From a virus (Duplodnaviria > Caudoviricetes): a stretch of DNA of 64,000 bases. The translations under genes were made by a program, and so were the position numbers. The notes below the pieces were generated by a model that worked only from the letters and a program-made list of their open reading frames with translations, did not search any database and was not told where the DNA came from. The stretch is from the IMG/VR virus record IMGVR_UViG_3300031867_000035, positions 12,296-76,295 of that record. One strand, given 5' to 3'. The number at the start of each line of letters is the position of its first letter. The first letter of the stretch is position 1. Positions 53,885 to 63,878 of the stretch are shown one piece after another.

Positions 53885-54637
53885 ATGTTTAAATATATAA
53901 ATGAAATTTTAGAATATACTGGAGAAAAAATAGTTTCAAATGAAACTATAATTACATTAGTTACAGACCTTCCTAATACTGTAAGTATTTTTGGAGAGTT
54001 ATTTCTTACTAATGGGTCTTCTGTTATAACAAGATTCTTCTACTACAAAGATAATGTATTTAAATCTAAGCTGAGTCTTTCTGCTCAAACAAAGCAGTAC
54101 CTTCTAAACTCTAAATTCAAATTAATTATTATTGATACAGGAAACCATAAGACATCTAATTATGTTAATTTAAATTTCGATTTAGAAAAAATAGCTTTTA
54201 CTTTTAATAATTCTGCATCAACAGATATAAAAAATTTATACTTAAAAGTAAATGAATTAGAAGATAAACTTAAACATTTGATTGATGGACATATAATAAC
54301 ATCTTTACCAATTAACAATAAAGAATACATTAAAGCAGGTATGATGCTCCAAGCAATAGACGATAATGGTAACTTCATTGCTACTTATCCTTTTGCTGAT
54401 GTAGTAAAAGAGGTCAATGGTCAAAAAGCTGTAAATAGTTCTATTATTTTAGATGCTTCTATGATACAATATAATCAGAATAAGACAATTTTCTCTGTAG
54501 TATCCGAAGTAATTGAAGCTTTACAGGCGGTTAATTTAACATTAAAGTCTCACAGCTCTGCTTTAAAACAATTACAAGAAGATATAAACGGAGTAAAACT
54601 TCAGTTAGAAAAACATCTTAATGATGGAATAGTGTAG
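53885..54637 (+). CDS. Hypothetical structural protein with C-terminal coiled coil
   Basis: Tail module position. Confidence 0.7.
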   Translation: MFKYINEILEYTGEKIVSNETIITLVTDLPNTVSIFGELFLTNGSSVITRFFYYKDNVFKSKLSLSAQTKQYLLNSKFKLIIIDTGNHKTSNYVNLNFDLEKIAFTFNNSASTDIKNLYLKVNELEDKLKHLIDGHIITSLPINNKEYIKAGMMLQAIDDNGNFIATYPFADVVKEVNGQKAVNSSIILDASMIQYNQNKTIFSVVSEVIEALQAVNLTLKSHSSALKQLQEDINGVKLQLEKHLNDGIV

Positions 54638-54650
54638 GAGGAAAATTACT

Positions 54651-55148
54651 ATGGATAGTTTAAATGAATTTGTAAATGTAGTATTCGGTGGTAGAATTAC
54701 TGTTGACCAGATAGTAACTATGCTTGTAGCTATATTTGCAGTTATTAAATCCTTTACTGAATGGTCTGCTAAAAAGAAGTTAATCAATTCTACCAGAACT
54801 CTTACTTCTGTTGAGCAGGAATTAAAAGAAGAGAGAGAAGAAAACAAAGCTTTAAAAGATGCTTGTTCTAATTTAGCCGAGATTGTTGTTACAGCTTATC
54901 TAAGTTCAAACACAATATCCTCCGAAACTAAGAAGGAATTAGTTACAATGGCTAATAAATTAAAGCAGAATGCTAATATTAAAATTTCTGAGCCTGTTAC
55001 CACTTTAATAACAGCTGTTGAAAACGGAGTCAACGTAGACTTAAGTGATATTAAAGAGGAATTAAAAAATAAAGCAGAGAACTTAGAAGAAATTTTAGAT
55101 GTAGCTAACGAGACAGCACAGACAGCTATTGATAAATTAACTGTGTAA
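54651..55148 (+). CDS. Membrane-anchored coiled-coil protein (holin-like)
   Basis: RBS aggagg; hydrophobic helix IVTMLVAIFAVI followed by coiled coil. Confidence 0.6.
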   Translation: MDSLNEFVNVVFGGRITVDQIVTMLVAIFAVIKSFTEWSAKKKLINSTRTLTSVEQELKEEREENKALKDACSNLAEIVVTAYLSSNTISSETKKELVTMANKLKQNANIKISEPVTTLITAVENGVNVDLSDIKEELKNKAENLEEILDVANETAQTAIDKLTV

Positions 55149-55161
55149 GGAGGTGCTAACC

Positions 55162-55731
55162 GTGGCTTCCACCTATACAAAAGCTAATGTAAAAAAAGAA
55201 AAGCGTTTAAGATTTATTTATAGAATTTTATTCTTCTTAATTACATTAGTTACACCCTGCATCATTTGGGGAGTGAACTACCAATTTATGCAGACAAGAG
55301 TAGTAACAAAAATATCTATTATGTTTTTCCTTGTAGCTTATGTGCTATGTAGACGTTTTAAAAATGAAATTAAAACCTGGGTGAATTCCTGGGAGTATAG
55401 TTCATTAAAATATATACTTCTTGGTATAGGAAAAAATATTTGGCTTATCATTATATTGATACTATGCTTTGTATTATCCTATAAATTACCTAACTGGTTA
55501 GCTCTTTCCAAGGAGGCTTGTGATTCATTATTAAAAACACTACAAAAATTTCTTGTTTGTGTAAGTGCTACTATAATTTGCCAGCTCATTGGTTATTTAG
55601 TTGTATACCCTATTGAGAGAAAATATGACTTCTTAATCAAGAGAGAGTTAAGAAAACAAGAGATGAGAGAAACTAATGCAGAACAGCTAGAGGATATTCG
55701 TGAAATAATAAAAGAAGAGTTAGGAAAATAA
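55162..55731 (+). CDS. Multi-pass membrane protein
   Basis: Start moved to GTG 55162, 8 nt after aggagg; about four hydrophobic helices. Confidence 0.75.
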   Translation: MASTYTKANVKKEKRLRFIYRILFFLITLVTPCIIWGVNYQFMQTRVVTKISIMFFLVAYVLCRRFKNEIKTWVNSWEYSSLKYILLGIGKNIWLIIILILCFVLSYKLPNWLALSKEACDSLLKTLQKFLVCVSATIICQLIGYLVVYPIERKYDFLIKRELRKQEMRETNAEQLEDIREIIKEELGK

Positions 55732-55734
55732 TTT

Positions 55735-56667
55735 ATGAAGATAATTGAAAGATTACAAATAGTTCTTTTGTTCTTAATATCTTTCCTTATAGTAGGAGGA
55801 GCCTCTTTATTTACAGCTAATATGGGCTGGGGATTATTAAAAGATGGTTACTTCTATGTAAATCAGTTAATAACAGATGTAGCAATCGTTTGTGTAACCT
55901 TCGGTTCTGTTTATTTATACCTAGATTGGTTTAAAGAAAACAATAAAGAATATCTAGACTGTATCCAATATATAAATAACTTCGCTTCAGGTGAAACAAA
56001 CATCCCTTCCATCTTACTAAGATTCTTAGCAAGCTTTAATAGAAAACGAAAGATAGCTCAATATAAATATCAGATAGGGTTAAAGCTAAGTAAGCTAGAT
56101 TATGTTGTACTTAACTTTTGGTTATTTAAAATAAAGAAGTTAAGATACTCTGAAGAAGAGATGCACATTTGGAATAAAGGTACAGAAGAGCAGAAAGCAA
56201 AAAGTAAATATTGTAGAAAGAGAAAGATGTATGAAGAGCAATTAGATGATAAACTAATTGAAGACATAATTGATACTACCCCAGTTAAGTATGACCGTGT
56301 AACTATAGGTACTTTATTATCTGAATATTATTCAGATGATGAAGAAGCAGGACCTAATGAGTTCATAGAGAAACACGAGAATACTCAAATAGTTAAGTAT
56401 CGAGTACCTAAACTATTCTTCTCTTTTGGATTTACTTTCTTATTATCTAGTATTATTTTTGATGCTATTGTTTTCAATAGTGCAGGTCTTATGACTTTAA
56501 CAATTAAAATTTTTACTCTACTATTTAATATGTGGAGCTCTACAATGTATGCTAAAAAACACGCAAACAGAATAACATTACACGATGCTAGATTCAGAAA
56601 AGGTGTGTTAATGGAATATGAGAAATGGATTAACCAGGAAGCTGCTAAAGCAACTTCTGCAGAATAA
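55735..56667 (+). CDS. Multi-pass membrane protein (2+2 TM with soluble middle)
   Basis: Hydrophobic N- and C-terminal hairpins. Confidence 0.75.
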   Translation: MKIIERLQIVLLFLISFLIVGGASLFTANMGWGLLKDGYFYVNQLITDVAIVCVTFGSVYLYLDWFKENNKEYLDCIQYINNFASGETNIPSILLRFLASFNRKRKIAQYKYQIGLKLSKLDYVVLNFWLFKIKKLRYSEEEMHIWNKGTEEQKAKSKYCRKRKMYEEQLDDKLIEDIIDTTPVKYDRVTIGTLLSEYYSDDEEAGPNEFIEKHENTQIVKYRVPKLFFSFGFTFLLSSIIFDAIVFNSAGLMTLTIKIFTLLFNMWSSTMYAKKHANRITLHDARFRKGVLMEYEKWINQEAAKATSAE

Positions 56668-56689
56668 TAATCTATAGGAGGGGAAACCA

Positions 56690-57313
56690 ATGTCTGACTT
56701 AGAAAGTTTACTTGAAGAGATGTTACCATATTTGCCAAAAATATATACACAATCTTCTTACACTCCTGCAATGAATGATTCAGCAAGAGATTTTAATTTA
56801 ATCTATAAGTTTTCTAAACTTCCTTCTGATTGTTTAATATTCTTTGTGCCAACACAAGCGAGTATAGAAGGAACTAATACACTTGTAATCAAAGTTCCAA
56901 CTAACATTAACAACGGAGAAGTATCTTATGTATCTCACAGATTCACAATAGTTACTGAAACCAATGATGGTAATACAAGAGCAGCTACAACAGGAGATAT
57001 TATTCCATACAGGATGTGTATTTTCAGATTTGCAAAAGGGAATACGAATGTAGTTATATTAACAAATTCTTCTTCTTATAATTCTTTACAAGTATCCAAT
57101 CTTACTGCTTCTTCAGCCAAATTCTTAAATACCCCTATTATAGGTTCAAACCCTATAAATGAGGAGAAGGTTGTAACAGCTAAAGAATTATCTCAATGTG
57201 TTAAAAGGATTGAAAATTTAGAAGAGAAAATAATTTATGGTTCATCAGAACCAGAAGAAGTTCTAGCTTCTAAACCTAATGGTACAATTTATATTCAAAT
57301 AGAGGAGGAATAA
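56690..57313 (+). CDS. Hypothetical tail-associated protein
   Basis: RBS aggagg; C-terminal IIYGSSEP...KPNGTIYIQ tail-fibre-like motif. Confidence 0.7.
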   Translation: MSDLESLLEEMLPYLPKIYTQSSYTPAMNDSARDFNLIYKFSKLPSDCLIFFVPTQASIEGTNTLVIKVPTNINNGEVSYVSHRFTIVTETNDGNTRAATTGDIIPYRMCIFRFAKGNTNVVILTNSSSYNSLQVSNLTASSAKFLNTPIIGSNPINEEKVVTAKELSQCVKRIENLEEKIIYGSSEPEEVLASKPNGTIYIQIEEE

Positions 57314-57314
57314 A

Positions 57315-58601
57315 ATGATTAAAGAGACAAATACAGATTGCAAAATAACTGACATCTCTGTTGTTGGTTCTACAGCAACACTGACTTGTCTCTTTTTTGC
57401 AAACAATAAAACGGAAAAAGCTGTAGGTTTAAAGTTTTTATTTATAGATTTAGAAACAGAAGAAGTTTTTCAATTAGATAATACAACCTACTGGGTAGAT
57501 AGTATAAACAGTACAGATTCAAATCTATTAAATGTTAGTGTAAATGGTTATAAAGAAGTAAGATTAGTAATAGATATCACCAATAATAATACCGCAAGTA
57601 TGCAAAAATCTAGGTGGTATCGAAAGGGTTACTTAATCTTAACAGATATAACCGATGTATATAATAAACCTTTATGGCAAAGTGAAACTTTTAGTTTAGT
57701 ATCTGAACAAATATCTATACCAAAAATTAAAGATTTATTTATATATAATAAACCTGTATATGTAGCTGTTTTATCTGAAACAGAGAACAGAATATTTATA
57801 GAGTTTAAATATGAATACGATATAGATATTGATTTTAATTATAATAACTCTAATTTAAAAACTTTTATTATTATAAAATCAATAAGTACAGGAACTGTAA
57901 TTGAGACTATCAAACCCGAATCATCTCAATACATAAAAGCAGAAAGTTCTTTAGGATACACCTATAATGAACCTGTAGCTATTGATATTTTTGTTACAAA
58001 TTTAAAGAAAGAAGTTTTAAAACAGTTCTCTGTTTTATATAAACCTTTTACAAAGAAAGCGTGTGGCTACGTTAAAACTGCCTATGGAGTTAAAAAAATA
58101 AAGAGACTTATCGTTAAAGACTCAAGTCAACTTATAGTTAATCCAAATAACTTTGATGTAAAAATTAGTTATGATACTCCTATATATGCTCATTATGATA
58201 GATATACATACAGAAAGATGGTAAAAAATCCTAATACATTGCAAGAGGAACTTGTTACTTATCATAGATGTATTCTACATATAGATACTTTTCTTTCAGA
58301 AACAAATTTTAAAAATGTTGTATATGAAATTATAAATAATGGTAATATAGTAGCTAGTCAAAACACTGATGTGAATGAAACTACATACCTTCTTCAAAAT
58401 GATTCTAATCCAAGGATAGATGTAGAAAAAAATAGCTATACAATAAATGCTGCCTACACTTCAGAAACTACTACAAAAAATACTGTTCTTACTAAAATAA
58501 ACAAAACGATTGTTTGTTCTAAAAAATTAAAAGTACATAATACATTATACCCATTTAATTATGGGAAAGTATTTGGACAGGAGGTAAATGATAATGAGTA
58601 G
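57315..58601 (+). CDS. Hypothetical beta-rich tail-associated protein
   Basis: Packed ORF. Confidence 0.7.
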   Translation: MIKETNTDCKITDISVVGSTATLTCLFFANNKTEKAVGLKFLFIDLETEEVFQLDNTTYWVDSINSTDSNLLNVSVNGYKEVRLVIDITNNNTASMQKSRWYRKGYLILTDITDVYNKPLWQSETFSLVSEQISIPKIKDLFIYNKPVYVAVLSETENRIFIEFKYEYDIDIDFNYNNSNLKTFIIIKSISTGTVIETIKPESSQYIKAESSLGYTYNEPVAIDIFVTNLKKEVLKQFSVLYKPFTKKACGYVKTAYGVKKIKRLIVKDSSQLIVNPNNFDVKISYDTPIYAHYDRYTYRKMVKNPNTLQEELVTYHRCILHIDTFLSETNFKNVVYEIINNGNIVASQNTDVNETTYLLQNDSNPRIDVEKNSYTINAAYTSETTTKNTVLTKINKTIVCSKKLKVHNTLYPFNYGKVFGQEVNDNE

Positions 58602-59649
58602 AACCAACCCTTATGTTAAAACAACCTGGGTAGATGAAGAGACAGAGATAAATGCTAACAATTTGAATAACCTAGAACAAGGAGTCTATGGTGCACACTC
58701 TGCTATTATAGCTGCAGAAGATTCTTTGGCAGAAGCCCTAAGTAATTTGCTAGAGGATAATACTGTAGACACAGCAAAAAAGGCTGTATCTGATGCTGAT
58801 GGAAATCCAATAGATGCAACGTATGCAACGAAAGCTTATGTAAATGAGACTAACTCAGACAATGTAAAGTATGATGATGTGGTTAATAACTTAACAGATT
58901 CTTCTACTACAAAGCCTTTATCTGCTGCACAAGGTAAAGAATTAAAGCGTCAAATAAATGAGTTGTATGCTTTCCTAGATACAGCTACAGAAGATGTTGA
59001 CACTACAATAAACAGGATGCAAGATATCTTTGCTTTCCTAGATAGTGTTAATGATAATCAAACACTATTAGATTTATTAGATGAGAAAATGCCCTTCACT
59101 TCTTTAGTAAAAGACTTAATAACAAACGATGATAACCTTCCATTAGCAGCAAGCCAAGGATATCTACTACAACAACAGGTTAATGAAAAAAATGATAAAC
59201 CTTTTAATGTAACTACTTCAGATTTACAAAACTTAACTTCTTATACAAACGGAGCATATACAGTTACTCTAAGTGATGCATTAGTTTCTACTATTATAGA
59301 CTTTAAAAGAAGTCTTAACATTAATTGGTCATCCTTCAGGAGTTCAATACTTGAAAATATCACTGCAGCTAAAAGCACTCTTATTCCGACAAATATAGAT
59401 GTAGTAAATAATACTAATAGATACTTTTATAACGCTGTAGGATATAATAAAAATATCACCATTGCTTTCTTCTATAAAGACAATGGATGGAATCTGCTTT
59501 TAAGTTTTGAGGAGCTTCCTACAAACTATAATATTGATTCAGCTATCGCAGAAGCTCTTGACAGATTCTTACGGTCTTCAAGATTCGAAGAAAAAGTTAA
59601 GTCTATTGTAGCTGAAGTATATGCAGATGTAAGTGAGGTGGAGTATTAA
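58588..59649 (+). CDS. Tail fibre-like protein
   Basis: YVKTTWVD...INANNLNNLEQG; two copies of NNLT...KPLSAAQG-type fibre repeat; start may be 58594. Confidence 0.75.
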   Translation: MIMSRTNPYVKTTWVDEETEINANNLNNLEQGVYGAHSAIIAAEDSLAEALSNLLEDNTVDTAKKAVSDADGNPIDATYATKAYVNETNSDNVKYDDVVNNLTDSSTTKPLSAAQGKELKRQINELYAFLDTATEDVDTTINRMQDIFAFLDSVNDNQTLLDLLDEKMPFTSLVKDLITNDDNLPLAASQGYLLQQQVNEKNDKPFNVTTSDLQNLTSYTNGAYTVTLSDALVSTIIDFKRSLNINWSSFRSSILENITAAKSTLIPTNIDVVNNTNRYFYNAVGYNKNITIAFFYKDNGWNLLLSFEELPTNYNIDSAIAEALDRFLRSSRFEEKVKSIVAEVYADVSEVEY

Positions 59650-60011
59650 TGACCGCTACAGAATTACAGGAATTGAGACAAGAGTGGGAGAACATTGATA
59701 ATACAACATCTGCAACAGAGTTTGGTAGAGTCGATATAAGGACTATTAAAAAAATAGCTGCTACAGTAAGGAAGTGCTTATATATTTCTGAACCTATCTC
59801 TATGAAATCTCTACCTCAATTCATTATCAGGATAGCTCAACTATCTGCTTCAGAACATAACACTATAGATGACATTGTGTTATCTGTAGGAGGGCTAGAA
59901 ACAAAAGTTGACGATGTTAAAGCAGATACTACAGAAATAAAAAGCTTATTAGACTTTACAGATTCGGAGGATGATGAGAATATTATTGGAGAAATAACAG
60001 GGGGTGATTAA
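59649..60011 (+). CDS. Hypothetical protein
   Basis: Coupled ORF. Confidence 0.7.
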   Translation: MTATELQELRQEWENIDNTTSATEFGRVDIRTIKKIAATVRKCLYISEPISMKSLPQFIIRIAQLSASEHNTIDDIVLSVGGLETKVDDVKADTTEIKSLLDFTDSEDDENIIGEITGGD

Positions 60012-60462
60012 TGTGGCTAAGATAGTTACATACAACACTCTGGTAAGAGTTGGGAAAGCACTTCTTACTCAAATGCAAGAAGAGAATGAGAACTCTTTAT
60101 TGTCATTAACAGGAGTTTTCAAAGGTTATATTAGTAATCAAAATGAATTAAATAGTAATGTTCTTAAAGGAGACTTCTATATCTCAAGTGATGTTATGAC
60201 TTTCAGCTATAACAATGGAGAATCAATTATGGGAATTTCAAAAGATACTATATTTATTGCATTGAAAGATAACCCTGCCTCAAGTAATAGAGAAGATTGG
60301 GTAATCATCAAGTCAATACTTGTAACAGAAATGCTTGATTTAAAAGCTCGATTAGAAGAACATATAAACAACAAAAATAACCCTCACGAAGTTACCTTAA
60401 CACAGGCAAACGGTGATACAATAAGTGATAGCACATTTTCAGAAATTTTAGAATTAGTTTAG
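60004..60462 (+). CDS. Tail fibre-associated protein
   Basis: HINNKNNPHEVT fibre repeat motif; GTG start (60013 alternative). Confidence 0.7.
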   Translation: MINVAKIVTYNTLVRVGKALLTQMQEENENSLLSLTGVFKGYISNQNELNSNVLKGDFYISSDVMTFSYNNGESIMGISKDTIFIALKDNPASSNREDWVIIKSILVTEMLDLKARLEEHINNKNNPHEVTLTQANGDTISDSTFSEILELV

Positions 60463-60477
60463 GAGGAGAAAAATAAA

Positions 60478-61764
60478 ATGGCTAATAATACTTATACAAA
60501 TCTTAAAGAAATTTTACAGCAATTTGAAATACAGGTTGTTCAAAAAAAGCATTATAAAAAGGAAGAAGTTTATACTAAAACAGACACACTTACTGCTATT
60601 TCAGATGCTATTGCTACAGCTATTCAAGGAGTAAATCAATTTAATATTGTAAAAGCATCTTCTGCATCAAACACTCCAAAAGGAATTGAATGGACTAGTG
60701 GTAGTACAACTATTACAGGTGAATTAGAAGCAAAAAATGCTGATAGACATACTATTTATTATGTTCCTAGTGATAACGGCACAAATGATAATTATGATGA
60801 ATATATGTCCTTAGAAACAGGTACAAGCACTTATGTTTGGGAAAAAATTGGTAATACCGATGTAAACTTAAAAAACTATTCTACACTTGGAGAAACGGTA
60901 TCATCTATTAGTTTTGATGATACAAATGGTTTGTATTATATTTATGCAAGTGAGCATATTGCTACCGACAAACACAAGGTAGGTACTGCAGCAGATTGGC
61001 GTGCATTTTTAGGTGCTACAGAGACAGCATCTAACTCAAATGCAGGTTTAGCAACTCCAAAAATGGTTTATAATCTACAAGAAAAAACTGTAAATAAGTC
61101 TTCAGCAGGTGTTAAATTAGGTGGAACAGTTGGTGCTCCAACTATAACTGTAACGGGCGGAAGTGTTGCAAATAATAATGGTAGTGTAGTAACGGGTGGA
61201 ACTGTTTATACATACATTACAACTAATTGTCAACAAAAGGATGCCGATTTAACTGCGATTGCTGGATTAACAGGTACAAGTGGTTTCTTAAAGAAAACTA
61301 CTGCTGATACTTGGGCGTTAGATACAAATACGTATTTAACAACTACTGATGCTACAGATACTTATCTATCACAAACTGATGCCGCAGATACTTATTTATC
61401 GCAAACTGATGCTGCAACTACATATCTTTCGAAAAAAGCAGCTAACTCTACGTATCTTTCGAAAAATGAGATTTCATCTGCATATCTTTCAAAAAATGAT
61501 GCTTCATCTACGTATCTTTCGAAAAATGATGCATCATCTACATATTTAACTATAGAAGCTGCTGGTACTACTTACGCACAAAGGTCAGACGCTATATGTT
61601 ATATGGACTTTAGTTCTGCCAACGGGTTAAGATACCAAACAGTAGAAAATTTCGGTAACGTTCATACACAAGCATTTACAACCGTTGCTACTGCTGATGA
61701 TTTAAAAAGGGCTGTGTTGTCTATATCCGATAGTGATTTCTCAGATATTTTAGCTGCAGTTTAG
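60478..61764 (+). CDS. Tail fibre protein with 10-aa repeats
   Basis: QQKDADLTAIAGL fibre motif; TYLSxxDAxx repeats. Confidence 0.8.
   Translation: MANNTYTNLKEILQQFEIQVVQKKHYKKEEVYTKTDTLTAISDAIATAIQGVNQFNIVKASSASNTPKGIEWTSGSTTITGELEAKNADRHTIYYVPSDNGTNDNYDEYMSLETGTSTYVWEKIGNTDVNLKNYSTLGETVSSISFDDTNGLYYIYASEHIATDKHKVGTAADWRAFLGATETASNSNAGLATPKMVYNLQEKTVNKSSAGVKLGGTVGAPTITVTGGSVANNNGSVVTGGTVYTYITTNCQQKDADLTAIAGLTGTSGFLKKTTADTWALDTNTYLTTTDATDTYLSQTDAADTYLSQTDAATTYLSKKAANSTYLSKNEISSAYLSKNDASSTYLSKNDASSTYLTIEAAGTTYAQRSDAICYMDFSSANGLRYQTVENFGNVHTQAFTTVATADDLKRAVLSISDSDFSDILAAV
61330..61593 (+). repeat. 30-nt tandem repeat (8 full copies plus a partial one), TYLSxxDAxx
   Basis: Units start at 61330, 61360, ... 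61570. Confidence 0.9.
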
Positions 61765-61776
61765 GAGTGATTATTT

Positions 61777-61950
61777 ATGGCAAATTATACAGATATTAAA
61801 TCCATTCTTCAAAAATTTGAAAACACAGTTGTTAAAGGTAAGCATTACACAAAAACTGAATCCGACAACAAATATTTAACAAAGTCGGCTGCGGGTACAC
61901 AAGTAACATATACCTTTAGCAATGGTACATTAACAATAACAACTAAGTAG
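61777..61950 (+). CDS. 57-aa mini-paralog of the fibre N-terminus (not in ORF track)
   Basis: MANYTDIKSILQKFENTVVKGKHYTKTESDNKYLTKSAAGTQVTYTFSNGTLTITTK*; RBS aggagtg; fills the gap between 61764 and 61959. Confidence 0.8.
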   Translation: MANYTDIKSILQKFENTVVKGKHYTKTESDNKYLTKSAAGTQVTYTFSNGTLTITTK

Positions 61951-61958
61951 GAGATATT

Positions 61959-63491
61959 ATGGCTTTAAAATGGCAAAACAATTCGGTAAATACAATAAAA
62001 TATAGTGGTAGAAATTTGCAGCCAATTAAAGATTGGTCAGAAAGAACAATAAATGGTGTTACTTGTTCTATAAAAGATGGCGTGGGGTACCTTAATGGTA
62101 CCTCTACTGCTGGTAGTTGGCAACAAACTGAAATTGGCACAATCATTTTACCTGCAGGTACATATACTATATACTTTTGGACCAATTTTGTTCAAGCTTC
62201 TGACCCTCAATGGTTAATTAACATAGGCTTAGGTTTAAGAAACTCAGCCTATGATAACCTGTACATTTGTAACACAAACAAATATAGAACATTTACATTA
62301 ACCGAACAGCAAACATTTAATATTGTTTTCTGGTGGAGAGTTGGTGGTATAGTGTTTGATAATATTTGGATAAAATCTATGGTAAGACCTGGTACGTATG
62401 ACCCATCTACTGAATACGACCAATATGGTATTGACACTAGCAGTTTCAACTTGATAAATTATAAAAACATTTCAAGCTATGCATTTACCGATTTAGGTGG
62501 TGGCTCTTTTAAACTTAATTGGGGTGGTGGAGTTTCTACAATTACATTGCCTTATTCATCCTTTAAAGCGAATACTCAATATTCTTTTACTTTAACATCT
62601 CTTAACGGTGCTAAGTATTGGGCTTATAATTTGATGTGGAATTATTCGGACGGCACTAGTGAAAGATTTACAAATAATCAAGGTGTTGATTATGGTACAT
62701 ATTCATATACCAGTGCATCTGGTAAGACTATATCCTCTATTACTTGGGTTATAAATTTTGAAGCCGATTTTTATGGATTGATGTTAAATGAAGGACAACC
62801 AAAAAGTTATGTTGATAATGATGTAAAAATGTTAAAATACAATAATACTATTGCGTGGTGTAAACCTTTAACATTTACTGCAAGTGCAAGTGGAGTAACA
62901 GGCACATACTATAAAGAATCAACAAGTGAACCAACGGCTTCGACAGGAATTATTTCAAGTGGTGCAACAATACATTATAATGATTCACTAAGTATTAAAT
63001 ATATTAGCGAAGCTAAAACAAGTACCTCATCCGTAAACCCAAGTAGTGTAACAGCACCTGTATTAAAAAACCTATATACAGGTTCTTATGGAGCTACTGT
63101 TAAAAATAATAATTCGTTTGCAGTTGATGCATATTATAAATTGAACAATGGTTCATATTATAAAAAGTCTACCATTTCTGCAAACTCTAGTGCAACGTGG
63201 GTTGGTTTAACCCGTACTGCAAATACTGTTCTATATGTTTATTTTAAGGCTTCTGCTACAAGAACTACTACCACTACAACAAAATATTATTCTTGTACAT
63301 CAAGTGGTATTCAAAGAACTCGAACAATAGAAACCCCATTAGCTACAGGAGATGTTGCTACAGAAATAATAGCGACAGCCATAGATAATGTAACTCTAAC
63401 AATTTCTAGTACAGGTACACCATCTTCAAGTACAACACCAAGTTCTACAACAGTACAAAGTGCAACTTCACAATTAACAATGCACAGATAA
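61959..63491 (+). CDS. Probable receptor-binding / distal fibre protein
   Basis: Two beta-sandwich-like segments with Trp/Tyr, then a Thr/Ser-rich C-terminus; last gene before a terminator. Confidence 0.6.
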   Translation: MALKWQNNSVNTIKYSGRNLQPIKDWSERTINGVTCSIKDGVGYLNGTSTAGSWQQTEIGTIILPAGTYTIYFWTNFVQASDPQWLINIGLGLRNSAYDNLYICNTNKYRTFTLTEQQTFNIVFWWRVGGIVFDNIWIKSMVRPGTYDPSTEYDQYGIDTSSFNLINYKNISSYAFTDLGGGSFKLNWGGGVSTITLPYSSFKANTQYSFTLTSLNGAKYWAYNLMWNYSDGTSERFTNNQGVDYGTYSYTSASGKTISSITWVINFEADFYGLMLNEGQPKSYVDNDVKMLKYNNTIAWCKPLTFTASASGVTGTYYKESTSEPTASTGIISSGATIHYNDSLSIKYISEAKTSTSSVNPSSVTAPVLKNLYTGSYGATVKNNNSFAVDAYYKLNNGSYYKKSTISANSSATWVGLTRTANTVLYVYFKASATRTTTTTTKYYSCTSSGIQRTRTIETPLATGDVATEIIATAIDNVTLTISSTGTPSSSTTPSSTTVQSATSQLTMHR

Positions 63492-63543
63492 AAGAAAGGC
63501 AAAGCTTTAAAGTATTATATGACTTTTTAAAGATTAAAAAATT

Positions 63544-63569
63544 GAGATACATTTTTGTATCTCTTTTTT
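63544..63569 (+). terminator. Intrinsic terminator ending the structural module
   Basis: gagatac-attttt-gtatctc followed by T6. Confidence 0.85.
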
Positions 63570-63570
63570 G

Positions 63571-63599
63571 TTGACTTACTATAAACTATAGTGTATAAT
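63571..63599 (+). promoter_or_regulatory. sigmaA promoter with internal palindrome
   Basis: TTGACT-17 bp-TATAAT with TG; spacer holds actata-aac-tatagt dyad. Confidence 0.85.
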
Positions 63600-63626
63600 A
63601 TAAAGTGAACAAAGGAGGTAAGGTCT

Positions 63627-63878
63627 ATGACATTAGTCGAAGAAATGACACAAGAATTTAAAAAGGTAGGGCTGGAATTAAAAATCACTAAAGAATACAA
63701 CAACAAATTCAATGGTGTGTTAGTGGATGTGAAAAGTAATGAGGAAGTACCTTATGAATTAAACAAAGCTTTACAGCACAGCGAAATTAAAAATCATATC
63801 CAGTGGTGTAGAGGCTACGTTGATTTAGCTATTAAATTCAAAAAGCTGCAAGATGAATTAAAGAAGGAAGAAGAATGA
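63627..63878 (+). CDS. Hypothetical protein
   Basis: RBS aaggagg. Confidence 0.8.
   Translation: MTLVEEMTQEFKKVGLELKITKEYNNKFNGVLVDVKSNEEVPYELNKALQHSEIKNHIQWCRGYVDLAIKFKKLQDELKKEEE

Noticed and set aside
1659-63712. Antisense or alternate-frame ORFs in the track (e.g. 1659-1868, 2100-2417, 6083-6352, 6184-6594, 10012-10419, 14906-15262, 24764-25123, 36062-36388, 52503-52757, 61349-61549, 63527-63712)
   Set aside because: Shadows of well-supported genes, often over low-complexity or repeat DNA; no RBS or motifs.
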